Assembly (NCBI GenBank): GCA_036396895.1
Contig: DASWKB010000038.1
Span: 13,145-77,144, forward strand
DNA length: 64,000 nt
Origin: a bacterium
Lineage (GTDB): Bacteria; Omnitrophota; Gorgyraeia; Aquiviventales; Aquiviventaceae
Reading direction: 5' to 3'
Both the position numbers and the translations under genes were made by a program. The notes beneath the pieces were generated by a model. It was not told where the DNA came from. It made no database searches and saw only the letters and a program-made list of their open reading frames with translations. Positions 1-8,188 of the stretch are shown in pieces. Each line of letters starts with the position of its first letter. Positions within the stretch are counted from its first letter, which is position 1.

Positions 1-1368
1 GCCGCGATACCCGTTGCCGGCCAGCGCGAGGCCCGGCACGCCCGCAAGCCGCCGATCGAGGTCCGCCATGCGCGACGGATGCCCCACCGCGTACTGCGGC
101 ATCGCCTCAGGATACCGGTGCACGGAGATCCACAACGGGGCCGAGCGCGAACCGATCAGTTCCGCGAGCTCCTTGACGACCATCGCCCCCAGCGCCTCCT
201 CCCCGAGCGACGCGACGGGGCGATGCATCGCGCCACCGACGAACGCGCGCACGAGGACCGAGCCGGCCGGCGCCCGGTGAGGGAATTTCGTGCTGGCGAA
301 CGTGCAGCCGATGAGCGGCCGCCCTTCGACGGCGGGCACCACGAATCCGAATCCATCGAGCGCATGAAGTACGTCCGTCCGCCGGAACGCGACATTCACG
401 GTCGCGACCGACTCGTACCGGATGCCGCCGATGAGCGCGGCCGCCTCCGGGAGCGCCTCCGCCAGCACCGCCGCCGCCTGCGGCGCCGGCAGCGCCACGC
501 AGACGGCGTCCGCCTCGAGCGTCTCGCCGGGCGCCGCGCGCACGCTCCAGGATCCGCCCGGCTCAGGCCGTGCGACGGATCGCACCCGGCATCCGGCGCG
601 CAGCCGCGCCCCCCGCTCGCGCAGCCGGCCGAGGAGCGCGCCGATGATCGACTCCATGCCTCCCCGCAGCGATACGAACAGACCGTACCGAGGCCCGCTG
701 GCGCCGCGCATCGCGCCGTCGCGCGCCCGGACGCGCGCGCGCAGCGCCCGGATCAGGCTGCCGTGGCGCCGCTCCATCTCGGCGAGCTGCGGCAACGTCG
801 CGCCGAGGCTGAGCCGGTCAGGATCCGCCGTGTAGATGCCGGAAATCATGGGCTGCGCGAGCCGCTCCAGCGCCTCGCGGCCGAACCGCCGACGGACGAA
901 GCCGCCGACGCTCTCATCGTCCTCTCCGGACCGGGGCGGAATCCACCACTCCCCCGCCATGCGGAGCTTCGCCCGCCAGCCCACGAGATCCGTCCGGAAC
1001 AGCGTGCTGAACCTGACCGGAAGGCCGAGATAGATCCCTTCCGGCACGGGGCTTAACCGCCCGCGGTGAACGATGAAACTCCGCCGGCAGTCCTGATTCG
1101 TCCCGATCAGCTCTCCCCCGAGGCCGAGCCGCTGGCAGAGCTCCAGCGCCCACGGCTTGTCGGCAATGAAGGCGTCGGGGCCCGCCTCGAGCAGGAAGCC
1201 CTCGCGCGCGGATGAGGCGATCACGCCTCCGAACCGAGCGCCCGCCTCCAGCAGGGTCAGATCGAGCCGCCGCCCATCCTCCCCGGCCAGCTCCAGGGCC
1301 CGGTGCGCGGCGGCCAGCCCGGACACGCCGCCGCCGATGACGATCAGGCGAAACCGGTCCCGGCTCAT
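1..1368 (-). CDS. hemY: Protoporphyrinogen/coproporphyrinogen III oxidase (HemY/CgoX family), partial; the C-terminus lies beyond the window start
   Basis: My own minus-strand translation from the ATG near 1368 gives MSRDRFRLIVIGGGVSGLAAAHRALELAG..., which carries a GxGxxG FAD-binding fold. Length and further sequence (FLLEAGPDAF..., YPEAMPQY...GYRG) fit the HemY family. It is absent from the ORF track because it runs off the edge. Confidence 0.75.
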   Translation of the reverse strand, partial: MSRDRFRLIVIGGGVSGLAAAHRALELAGEDGRRLDLTLLEAGARFGGVIASSAREGFLLEAGPDAFIADKPWALELCQRLGLGGELIGTNQDCRRSFIVHRGRLSPVPEGIYLGLPVRFSTLFRTDLVGWRAKLRMAGEWWIPPRSGEDDESVGGFVRRRFGREALERLAQPMISGIYTADPDRLSLGATLPQLAEMERRHGSLIRALRARVRARDGAMRGASGPRYGLFVSLRGGMESIIGALLGRLRERGARLRAGCRVRSVARPEPGGSWSVRAAPGETLEADAVCVALPAPQAAAVLAEALPEAAALIGGIRYESVATVNVAFRRTDVLHALDGFGFVVPAVEGRPLIGCTFASTKFPHRAPAGSVLVRAFVGGAMHRPVASLGEEALGAMVVKELAELIGSRSAPLWISVHRYPEAMPQYAVGHPSRMADLDRRLAGVPGLALAGNGYRG

Positions 1369-1375
1369 GACAACA

Positions 1376-3322
1376 TCAGCGCCGGGAAAACTCGTGCACG
1401 GCGTCAACGAAGATTCTCGCGTGATCGGGCGGCGTGCCCGGCAGCACGCCGTGGCCGAGGTTCGCGATATGGCCCGGGAGGCCTCCCGCCCGGCTCAACA
1501 GCCGGCGCACGCGCGCGCGGATCGTCTCCGGCTCCGCGAACAGCGCGACCGGATCGAGGTTGCCCTGAATGCCGACGCCGGAGCCGATTTGACGCCAGGC
1601 CTCATCGAGCTCGATGCGGTGATCGACGCCGATCACGTCGCCGCCCGCCTCCCGCATGGCCGCCAGCAGCGTCGCCGTCTGGGTCCCGAACTGGATCACG
1701 GGGGTCCCCTGCGGCAGCGCGCGGATCACCGCCCGCGTGTGCGGCAGCACGAACTCGCGGTAGTCCGCCGGAGAGAGGCAGCCGACCCAGCTGTCGAAGA
1801 GCTGCACCGCGTCGGCGCCGGCTTCGATCTGCCCGATCAGGTATTTCGCGATGCCCCGGGAGAGCTTCTCCATCAGCGCGCGCCAGGCGCCGGGGTCCCG
1901 GTACATGAAGCGCTTGGTTTGGATGAAGGATCTGGACGTGCCGCCTTCGATGATGTAGGACGCGAGCGTGAACGGCGCGCCCGCGAAGCCGATCAGCGGC
2001 ACGCGCGCGTCGAGCCCCGCGCGCGCCAGGCGCACGGCGTCGAACACGAATCCGAGCGATTCGCCGGGCTCGATCTCGCGGAGGCGGTCCACGCCCGCGG
2101 CGGTCACCGACGCGCCGCCGCCGATGACCGGCCCCTCCTCGGCCGTGTACTCGAGCTCCAGCCCCAGCGGCTCGACGATGAGCAGCAAATCGGAGAAGAT
2201 GATGGCCGCGTCCACGCCGAGCGATTCCACGGCCGAAATGGTGACTTCCGCGGCGAGCTCCTTCGTCTTGCACAGCTCAAGGAACGAGACCGCGCTGCGC
2301 ACGCGGCGATACTCCGGCAGATAGCGCCCCGCTTGGCGCATCAGCCACACGGGCGTCACGCCGGCGGCCTCGCCGCGGCAGGCGGCGAGAAAGGGCGAAT
2401 CGCGCCGGGCCTCCATCGGGCGCCCTGCGGAGGGAACGGCGCCGGTGAACCGATGGAGCGGGCGGGCGCGCGCCTCGAGCAGTGCCACCGCCTGCGCCGC
2501 CAGCTCCGACACGAACAGGCCCATCTTCGAATGCGTGGGCTCGAAGTCGGCCCGGAGACCGCAGTCCTGCAGCGTTTCGCTGGTCGTCGGCCCGATCGAG
2601 GCGATGACCACGCGCCGGAGCGCCTCGCGGAAGGCCCCTTCCCGGCCGCACTCCCCGGCCAGGCGCAACAGATGGCGCACCTGGGCGGCGTTCGTGAACA
2701 GCGCGAACTGCACGCCGCCGCCGATCACCGCGTCGATCGCGCGCAGCACCGGAGCGGTGTCGTCGGGCAGCGCCCACCGGTACACGGGCACCCGCATCAC
2801 CCGGGCGCCGCGGCGCTTCAGCGCCTCCAGCAGGCGTTCGTTCGAAACGCCGTACTCCTGCACGGCCACGAGCCGCCCCTCGAGGGGAACGCTGCGCTCG
2901 CTCTGCTCGAGGGCCTGCAGGATCTCCTGCCAGGTGTTGGGCTCGGGCACCGTCAGGGCGATCGCGATCCCCCGGTCCTTCAGCACCCGCAGCGGCTTCG
3001 GGCCGCGGGCCACGACGGTCACCTTCGAGAGCGCGGCGGCGATCCGGTCCCACGGGTCGCGCGACTCGAGCGTCTCCAGGAGCAGCCGGGTCCCGACGCC
3101 GGTCATGCACACGAGCACGTCCACCTCTCCTGCCAGCAGGCGCTCGCCGAAGGCGGCCGCCTCCGGCTGACGGCCGAGGGGCACCTCCTGCAGGGCGGGC
3201 GCGCTCAGGGGCATGCCGCCGTAGCGGGACACGCTTTTGGCCATCACGTCGGCCATCCGGCTTTCGAAGACGGCGACCGTGGTGCCCGCGAATCCCTGGG
3301 TTGTCGTCACTGTGTGCTGCAT
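1376..3322 (-). CDS. hemDE: Bifunctional uroporphyrinogen-III synthase (N-terminal, HemD-like) / uroporphyrinogen decarboxylase (C-terminal, HemE) fusion protein
   Basis: 648 aa single ORF. The C-terminal ~350 aa has the canonical HemE N-terminal motif PVWLMRQAGRYLPEYR. The N-terminal ~290 aa has a HEM4-like two-lobed fold (VDVLVCMTGVGTRLL, FALFTNAAQVRHLL). Confidence 0.8.
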   Translation of the reverse strand: MQHTVTTTQGFAGTTVAVFESRMADVMAKSVSRYGGMPLSAPALQEVPLGRQPEAAAFGERLLAGEVDVLVCMTGVGTRLLLETLESRDPWDRIAAALSKVTVVARGPKPLRVLKDRGIAIALTVPEPNTWQEILQALEQSERSVPLEGRLVAVQEYGVSNERLLEALKRRGARVMRVPVYRWALPDDTAPVLRAIDAVIGGGVQFALFTNAAQVRHLLRLAGECGREGAFREALRRVVIASIGPTTSETLQDCGLRADFEPTHSKMGLFVSELAAQAVALLEARARPLHRFTGAVPSAGRPMEARRDSPFLAACRGEAAGVTPVWLMRQAGRYLPEYRRVRSAVSFLELCKTKELAAEVTISAVESLGVDAAIIFSDLLLIVEPLGLELEYTAEEGPVIGGGASVTAAGVDRLREIEPGESLGFVFDAVRLARAGLDARVPLIGFAGAPFTLASYIIEGGTSRSFIQTKRFMYRDPGAWRALMEKLSRGIAKYLIGQIEAGADAVQLFDSWVGCLSPADYREFVLPHTRAVIRALPQGTPVIQFGTQTATLLAAMREAGGDVIGVDHRIELDEAWRQIGSGVGIQGNLDPVALFAEPETIRARVRRLLSRAGGLPGHIANLGHGVLPGTPPDHARIFVDAVHEFSRR

Positions 3323-3383
3323 CGTGCCTCAGCGGTGTGTGCGATTTCGATGACTGGATGATGCCGAGTCTGGAGCAGGCGCG

Positions 3384-3472
3384 GTGCCAAATTCGGAATG
3401 CGGAATTCGGAATGCGGAATGACGTTCAAGCAGATCGATTCCGAATTCTCAATTCCCAATTCCGAATGTCAC
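3384..3472. repeat. Heptamer-array hairpin element, GGAATKC family, copy 1 (MITE/REP-like)
   Basis: gtgccaaattcggaatgcggaattcggaatgcggaatg ... cgattccgaattctcaattcccaattccgaatgtcac. Tandem GGAATKC heptamers sit on the left arm and their complement on the right. Related copies at 42540-42678 and 55914-55996. Confidence 0.7.
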
Positions 3473-3495
3473 GTCGGACCATGGTCTCAACGCAG

Positions 3496-4572
3496 TTAAG
3501 GCTTGAGGTACTCCTCCCGATAGATGGTCACCAAGGAAAAGAACAGGGTCAGCACGACGGGGGCCAAGAAGACGCCGATCAGGCCGTAGGCGCGGATGCC
3601 GCCCAGGATGCCGAGAAACAGCAGGAGGTACGGCAGTTTGGTGCGCTCGCCGATGAGGGCCGGCTTGAGCAGGTTGTCCACCAGGCTGATGCCCGCCACG
3701 CCCAGCACAAACAGGATGCCGGCGCGGACGACCTCCTGCTGCACCAGCAGGTACACGACCAGCGGAAGCCACACCATGCTGGCGCCCGCCACCGGCAGCA
3801 GCGCCGCCAGGAACGTCAGCGCGCCGAACAGCACGGGAAACGGCACCCCGATCAGCCAAAAGATGATCCCGCTCAAGATCCCCTGCGCGATGCCCGTCAG
3901 CACCTGACCCCGGATGACCGCGGCGAGCGTCTCGTTGATCTGGCCGAACAGCGCCTGCTTCGTCTGGGCTCTGAGCGGCGTCACCTGATGGATGAAATCC
4001 ACGATGCCGGGACCGTGCCTGAGGAACACGTAGAGCAGCGCGAACGTCAGGAGCGCCGAGAGTCCGGACAGCAGGAGATTGCGCGTCAGCAGGCCGGCCT
4101 GCCGGGCCGAGAAGTTCCCCATGCCCTTGACCGCCTCGAGGAGCCAATCGGCGAAGTTCGACTTGGCGGGGCCGAGCTCCGCCACCTGGCGCTGCAGCTG
4201 CTGGAAGAGCGGCATCTCCCGCACGCGCTCGACCACCTCCTCGAGATGCCCCTCCTGGACATAGGCGGCGACCTGCTGGTAAAACCCCGCGGCCTGGAAC
4301 GCCAGTTTTGTGACTAACATCAGCACCGGCGGGACGAGCACCACCGCCAGGATCACCGTGACGGTGAGCGCCGCCAGCGGTTCGGTGAACCTGGCCCGCT
4401 CGATGAGCCGGCGCTGAAGCGGATAGCACGCGAACGCCAGGATGCCGGCCCACAGGATGGAATTGATGAACGGGGACAGCACCAGATACACCTGGTATAC
4501 GATGAACGCCAGGAGGAGCAGGAAGAATCCGTTCAGGAGCCGGTCGCGGGGCATCGCCACTGATTTTACCAC
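3496..4572 (-). CDS. AI-2E family transporter (PerM/YhhT, UPF0118) permease
   Basis: 358 aa, multiple TM helices and a length typical of the AI-2E family (…LLPVAGASMVWLPLVVYLL…). Confidence 0.8.
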   Translation of the reverse strand: MVKSVAMPRDRLLNGFFLLLLAFIVYQVYLVLSPFINSILWAGILAFACYPLQRRLIERARFTEPLAALTVTVILAVVLVPPVLMLVTKLAFQAAGFYQQVAAYVQEGHLEEVVERVREMPLFQQLQRQVAELGPAKSNFADWLLEAVKGMGNFSARQAGLLTRNLLLSGLSALLTFALLYVFLRHGPGIVDFIHQVTPLRAQTKQALFGQINETLAAVIRGQVLTGIAQGILSGIIFWLIGVPFPVLFGALTFLAALLPVAGASMVWLPLVVYLLVQQEVVRAGILFVLGVAGISLVDNLLKPALIGERTKLPYLLLFLGILGGIRAYGLIGVFLAPVVLTLFFSLVTIYREEYLKP

Positions 4573-4634
4573 ACCATCGCGGTTCCAAGCTGCGGGTTCC
4601 GCGTCAAAGGTTGGCGGCGAGGACCTGGGAATCC

Positions 4635-4839
4635 CGAGAGGCTGGAAGCTGGAGGCTGGAGGCTAGAATGAGTACGTGATCATTCTAAATGCGCCCACGA
4701 TTGCATCTAAACATTGGGCGCATTTACCCTGAGCGAAGTCGAAGGGTACCCCCTCGACTCGCTTTGCTCGCTCGGGGTAAATGGAACCCATTCGAATGTT
4801 AACATGCAATGTGGGTTCCATTTAGCTCCCAGCCTCTCG
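4635..4839. repeat. Heptamer-array hairpin element, GCTGGAR family, copy 1
   Basis: Perfect 11-bp terminal inverted repeats (cgagaggctgg / ccagcctctcg) enclose ggctggaagctggaggctggaggctag. Inside are three internal palindromes (tagaatga..tcattcta; aaatgcgccca..tgggcgcattt; aaatggaaccca..tgggttccattt). Confidence 0.7.
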
Positions 4840-4865
4840 CGTCCAACTTCTCATCGACTCGTTGC

Positions 4866-5465
4866 TCAGGAGGTCGGAGCGAAGTACGGGTTTGTCCCCG
4901 AGGCGTGGTCGGTGGTGTCGTAGATGTCCTTGATCTCCGGCAGCTGTTCGCGCAGCATGGCCTCGATCCCGTGCCGCAGGGTCACGTTGGCCATGCCGCA
5001 GCCGTGGCACCCGCCCCCCATGCGAAGGTACACGTTGCCCTCCCTAACGTCGGTGAGCTCGACGAACCCGCCGTGCTGGGCGATCGCCGGGTTGACCTTG
5101 GAGTCGAAGAGCTCCCGAATCCTGCGCATCAGCTCGAAGTCCGGCGCGCGCCGCGCCAAGAGCTGTTCGCTGACGGCCGGCTCCCCGCTCCCGAGGTGCG
5201 CGCGGATGACACCCGCGATCTGCGCGGCCGTGACGCGCCAGTCCTGCTCGTCATGCTTGGTGACCGTCAGGGTGTTCCCGGCGATCCGGACGCCGTGCAC
5301 TTTGGCCTCCTGAAACAGCTTCTCGGCCAGCCCGGACCCCTTCGCCGACTCAGGATCCGTGAACGAGACGGACCCCTCGGCGAGCAGCGTCCGGTCGATG
5401 GTCAGCTTGCACACTTCCGGCTCAGACGGCTCGAGGTGAGCCTCGATCTTGATGGTCTGGTCCAT
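4866..5465 (-). CDS. nfuA: Fe-S cluster scaffold/carrier protein, Nfu/NifU-like (Nfu_N + NifU C-terminal domain)
   Basis: 199 aa. The C-terminal CxxC motif GGGCHGCGMA is typical of the NifU-like domain. Confidence 0.75.
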   Translation of the reverse strand: MDQTIKIEAHLEPSEPEVCKLTIDRTLLAEGSVSFTDPESAKGSGLAEKLFQEAKVHGVRIAGNTLTVTKHDEQDWRVTAAQIAGVIRAHLGSGEPAVSEQLLARRAPDFELMRRIRELFDSKVNPAIAQHGGFVELTDVREGNVYLRMGGGCHGCGMANVTLRHGIEAMLREQLPEIKDIYDTTDHASGTNPYFAPTS

Positions 5466-5896
5466 GGATCGAACCTCCTTGGATGGAACGGCGGCGTGGC
5501 CTGCCTATTTACTATAGCATGTCGTCCCGTCGCCGAACACCCCTCCCCTTGCGACCCCCTTGAGTTTGGCGACCAGTAACCGGTCCTGTGCCGCCACGGA
5601 ACTTCAGGCGTGTGCCGGCGCGGAAGAGCATGTTTGTGCATCTGTGCAGAACCCCGTTTGTGCCACGACGCCACCCTCAACAACGGAATGTTGGATAGAT
5701 GCACATCGGCACAAGCGTGATGGTCCATGATGGCCCAAACGGCTGGTTTCGTGATGGGACAATCCTGCTCTCCCGATACAGCACAAGACTGACTCCGCAC
5801 TCCCCACTCCACACTCCGCACTTGGCGCGACCGCTCGCGACGTGCCCCTCGCCCCATGCCCCCCGCCCCGACACGGCCCACGGTCCAGAGACGTCG

Positions 5897-6715
5897 CTAC
5901 CAGGTGATCCCGGAACCGGTCGGCGTCCGCCAGACTCCCAGCAGCACTGGGAGGGTTCCCCCCCAAGCCAGCCGGCCGAAGCGGTCCACGGCGATGGCCG
6001 CCAGCCGTTTCCGGCGAAGCTCCCGGAGCATGCTCCGGAGCACGACTGCCGGCGAGCGTCCATCGCGCGCGCGTTCGGCGATCCGTACGGCCAGCGCGGC
6101 TTCGACGATATCCTCTCCCAGCCCGGTGCAGGACACGGCCACGTTGTCGCCGGCCCAGTTTCCGACAGGCATGCCGCTGTCGCTCACCCGCCCCGCGGAC
6201 GCGCGCCGCTTGCCCCCGGTTGAGGTGGCTGCCGCCAGGCGGCCGGCGCGGTCGACGGCGACCGCCCCGACCGTGCCCGGCCCCTGAGGACGGATAGCCC
6301 GCCAGGCAACGGCGGGCCCCGCCGCCAAGCCCAGCCGGCGGGCGAACCTCGAAGCTTCCGGCCCAGCCAGGATCCTGTCGGAGCGTCCCAGCAGCGCTCG
6401 AGCCGCCCGAACGGGGTTCCGGACTCGCTCAATATTGAGGACACCCCCGAACCGGCTTGATTCGCCGTCCATGACCGAGGCGCTCATCCGGACCCGCCCG
6501 TCCCGCTGGGCGACCGACCCGGTCCCGGCATTGAACATCGGGTCGTCCTCCAGCCTGGACACGGCGTCCACCACGGCCGCAAGCGCCCCGGACCGCCGCA
6601 GGACGCGGTAGCCGTACTCGCAGATGCGCCTCAGGCGGCGCTCGGCCTCCCGCAGGCGCGCCGTGTCCGCCTGCGATCCGGCCCCCCCATGGATCACCAG
6701 CGCTGGGCGGCTCAT
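5897..6715 (-). CDS. Isoaspartyl peptidase / L-asparaginase (Ntn-hydrolase, plant-type asparaginase family)
   Basis: ALVIHGGAG N-terminal motif and a GTVGAVAVD nucleophile region. The ORF in the track (to 6778) has a Gly/Arg-rich N-terminal extension; the true start is probably the internal Met of MSRPALVIHGGAG. Confidence 0.7.
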   Translation of the reverse strand: MSRPALVIHGGAGSQADTARLREAERRLRRICEYGYRVLRRSGALAAVVDAVSRLEDDPMFNAGTGSVAQRDGRVRMSASVMDGESSRFGGVLNIERVRNPVRAARALLGRSDRILAGPEASRFARRLGLAAGPAVAWRAIRPQGPGTVGAVAVDRAGRLAAATSTGGKRRASAGRVSDSGMPVGNWAGDNVAVSCTGLGEDIVEAALAVRIAERARDGRSPAVVLRSMLRELRRKRLAAIAVDRFGRLAWGGTLPVLLGVWRTPTGSGITW

Positions 6716-6796
6716 TCCGCTTCCCATTCGACCCCTGCCCATGCTCATGTTATGTCCCCCTCCCCGCCCTTCCCCCACCGCACTGGGTGTCTGGGT

Positions 6797-6840
6797 GTCC
6801 CCAAGGTGACAGTCACCCAGGTGACTGTCACCTTGGGGAC
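6797..6840. promoter_or_regulatory. Perfect 20-bp inverted repeat with a 4-nt spacer, containing two GGTGAC-N-GTCACC palindromic boxes, in the divergent intergenic region between the asparaginase gene and the inositol-3-phosphate synthase gene
   Basis: gtccccaaggtgacagtcac ccag gtgactgtcaccttggggac. No T-tract follows, so this is more likely an operator than a terminator. Confidence 0.5.
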
Positions 6841-6957
6841 AGGCATGGGCGTGTGCGTGCTATCGACATGGATGGCTAACCACCGGCACTAACTGCTTGC
6901 ATCCATGGAATTTTCGATTATACTACTAGGGCTGTTTTCCACCAGGAGGGATGCTGC

Positions 6958-8169
6958 ATGAGACGGGCCGTGCGGCCGATTAGAATTGCCATCGTTGGCG
7001 TGGGAAATTGCGCCAGCTCTCTGTTGCAAGGCATCGCCTATTACGGGTCAAAGACTCCCGATGACGTCATCGGGCTCATGCACTGGGATCTCGGGGGCTA
7101 CCATCCCGGCGATCTCCAGGTAGTCGCGGCGTTCGACATCGATCAGCGCAAGGTCGGGCTGGACGTCGCAACGGCCATCTTCCAGCCCCCGAACTGCACC
7201 GCCGTCTTCCACCGCGAGGTGCCTCCCTCCGGCGCCACCGTGTCCATGGGCCCGGTGCTGGATGGCTATTCGGAGCACATGCGGGGCTACGAGGCGGCCC
7301 AGACGTTCCTCCCCGCGGACGTGCCCGAACCGACCGCCAAGCAGGTCATCGCCTCGCTCAAGGCCTCCGGTGCGGAGATCATGCTGAACTATCTGCCCGT
7401 CGGTTCCGAGCAGGCCACCCGGTTCTACGCCGAATGCGCGCTGGAGTCCGGGGTCGCATTCATCAACAACATGCCGGTGTTCATCGCCAGCGACCCCGCC
7501 TGGGCGGGCCGGTTCGCCGAGCGGAACCTGCCGATCATCGGCGATGACATCAAGTCCCAGCTCGGCGCCACCATCACCCACCGGGCGCTCACGGACCTCT
7601 TCAAGAAGCGCGGCGTCAAGCTCGAACGGACCTACCAGCTCAATACGGGCGGCAACACCGACTTCCTCAATATGCTCAACCGAACCCGGCTCTCGTCCAA
7701 GAAGCGCTCGAAGACCGAAGCGGTGCAGGCGGTGGCGGCCGAGCGCCTGGACCCCAACAACATCCACATCGGACCCAGCGACTACGTGCCCTGGCAGAAG
7801 GATAACAAGGTCTGCTTCATTCGGATGGAAGGCAAGCTCTTCGGCGACATCCCGATGAACCTCGAACTGCGGCTGTCGGTCGAAGATTCGCCGAACTCGG
7901 CCGGGGTCGCCATTGACGCCGTCCGCTGCTGTCGGCTGGCGCTCGACGCCGGACAAGGCGGGAACCTGGCAGGCCCCTCGGCGTACTTCATGAAGCATCC
8001 CCCCGCGCAGTTCCCTGACGACGAAGCGTACCGGATGGTCGAGGACTTCATCCGCACCCACCAGCCGGCCTCCAAGCCGGCTCCGGCGGGAGGGCGCTAC
8101 GCGGCCGCCGGCAGCGCCACCGACGGGAACGGCGCGCATTCCGTCGCGCGCATCGCGCGTAAAAAGTAA
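6958..8169 (+). CDS. ino1: myo-Inositol-1-phosphate (inositol-3-phosphate) synthase
   Basis: 403 aa. The N-terminus [20 protein letters not shown] matches the bacterial/archaeal MIPS Rossmann motif. There is a GGAGGG RBS upstream. This is the only convincing plus-strand gene in the window. Confidence 0.8.
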   Translation: MRRAVRPIRIAIVGVGNCASSLLQGIAYYGSKTPDDVIGLMHWDLGGYHPGDLQVVAAFDIDQRKVGLDVATAIFQPPNCTAVFHREVPPSGATVSMGPVLDGYSEHMRGYEAAQTFLPADVPEPTAKQVIASLKASGAEIMLNYLPVGSEQATRFYAECALESGVAFINNMPVFIASDPAWAGRFAERNLPIIGDDIKSQLGATITHRALTDLFKKRGVKLERTYQLNTGGNTDFLNMLNRTRLSSKKRSKTEAVQAVAAERLDPNNIHIGPSDYVPWQKDNKVCFIRMEGKLFGDIPMNLELRLSVEDSPNSAGVAIDAVRCCRLALDAGQGGNLAGPSAYFMKHPPAQFPDDEAYRMVEDFIRTHQPASKPAPAGGRYAAAGSATDGNGAHSVARIARKK

Positions 8170-8188
8170 CCCCACTTCCGTCGCTGTT

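Noticed and set aside
1157-3361. 734-aa plus-strand ORF, and similar long ORFs at 79-1056, 8789-9931, 10513-11688, 18787-20364, 20738-23473, 27574-30927, 47281-49530 and 60832-63015
   Set aside because: Their compositions are extremely Arg/Ala/Pro/Gly-rich with no motifs. Each lies antisense to a well-supported minus-strand gene. These are typical stop-poor antisense frames of roughly 70% GC coding DNA.
3381-3480. tRNA or transposase associated with the repeat elements
   Set aside because: There is no cloverleaf-compatible sequence with a T-loop GTTCRANYC, and no ORF with DDE or HUH motifs within or next to any element. The elements appear non-autonomous.
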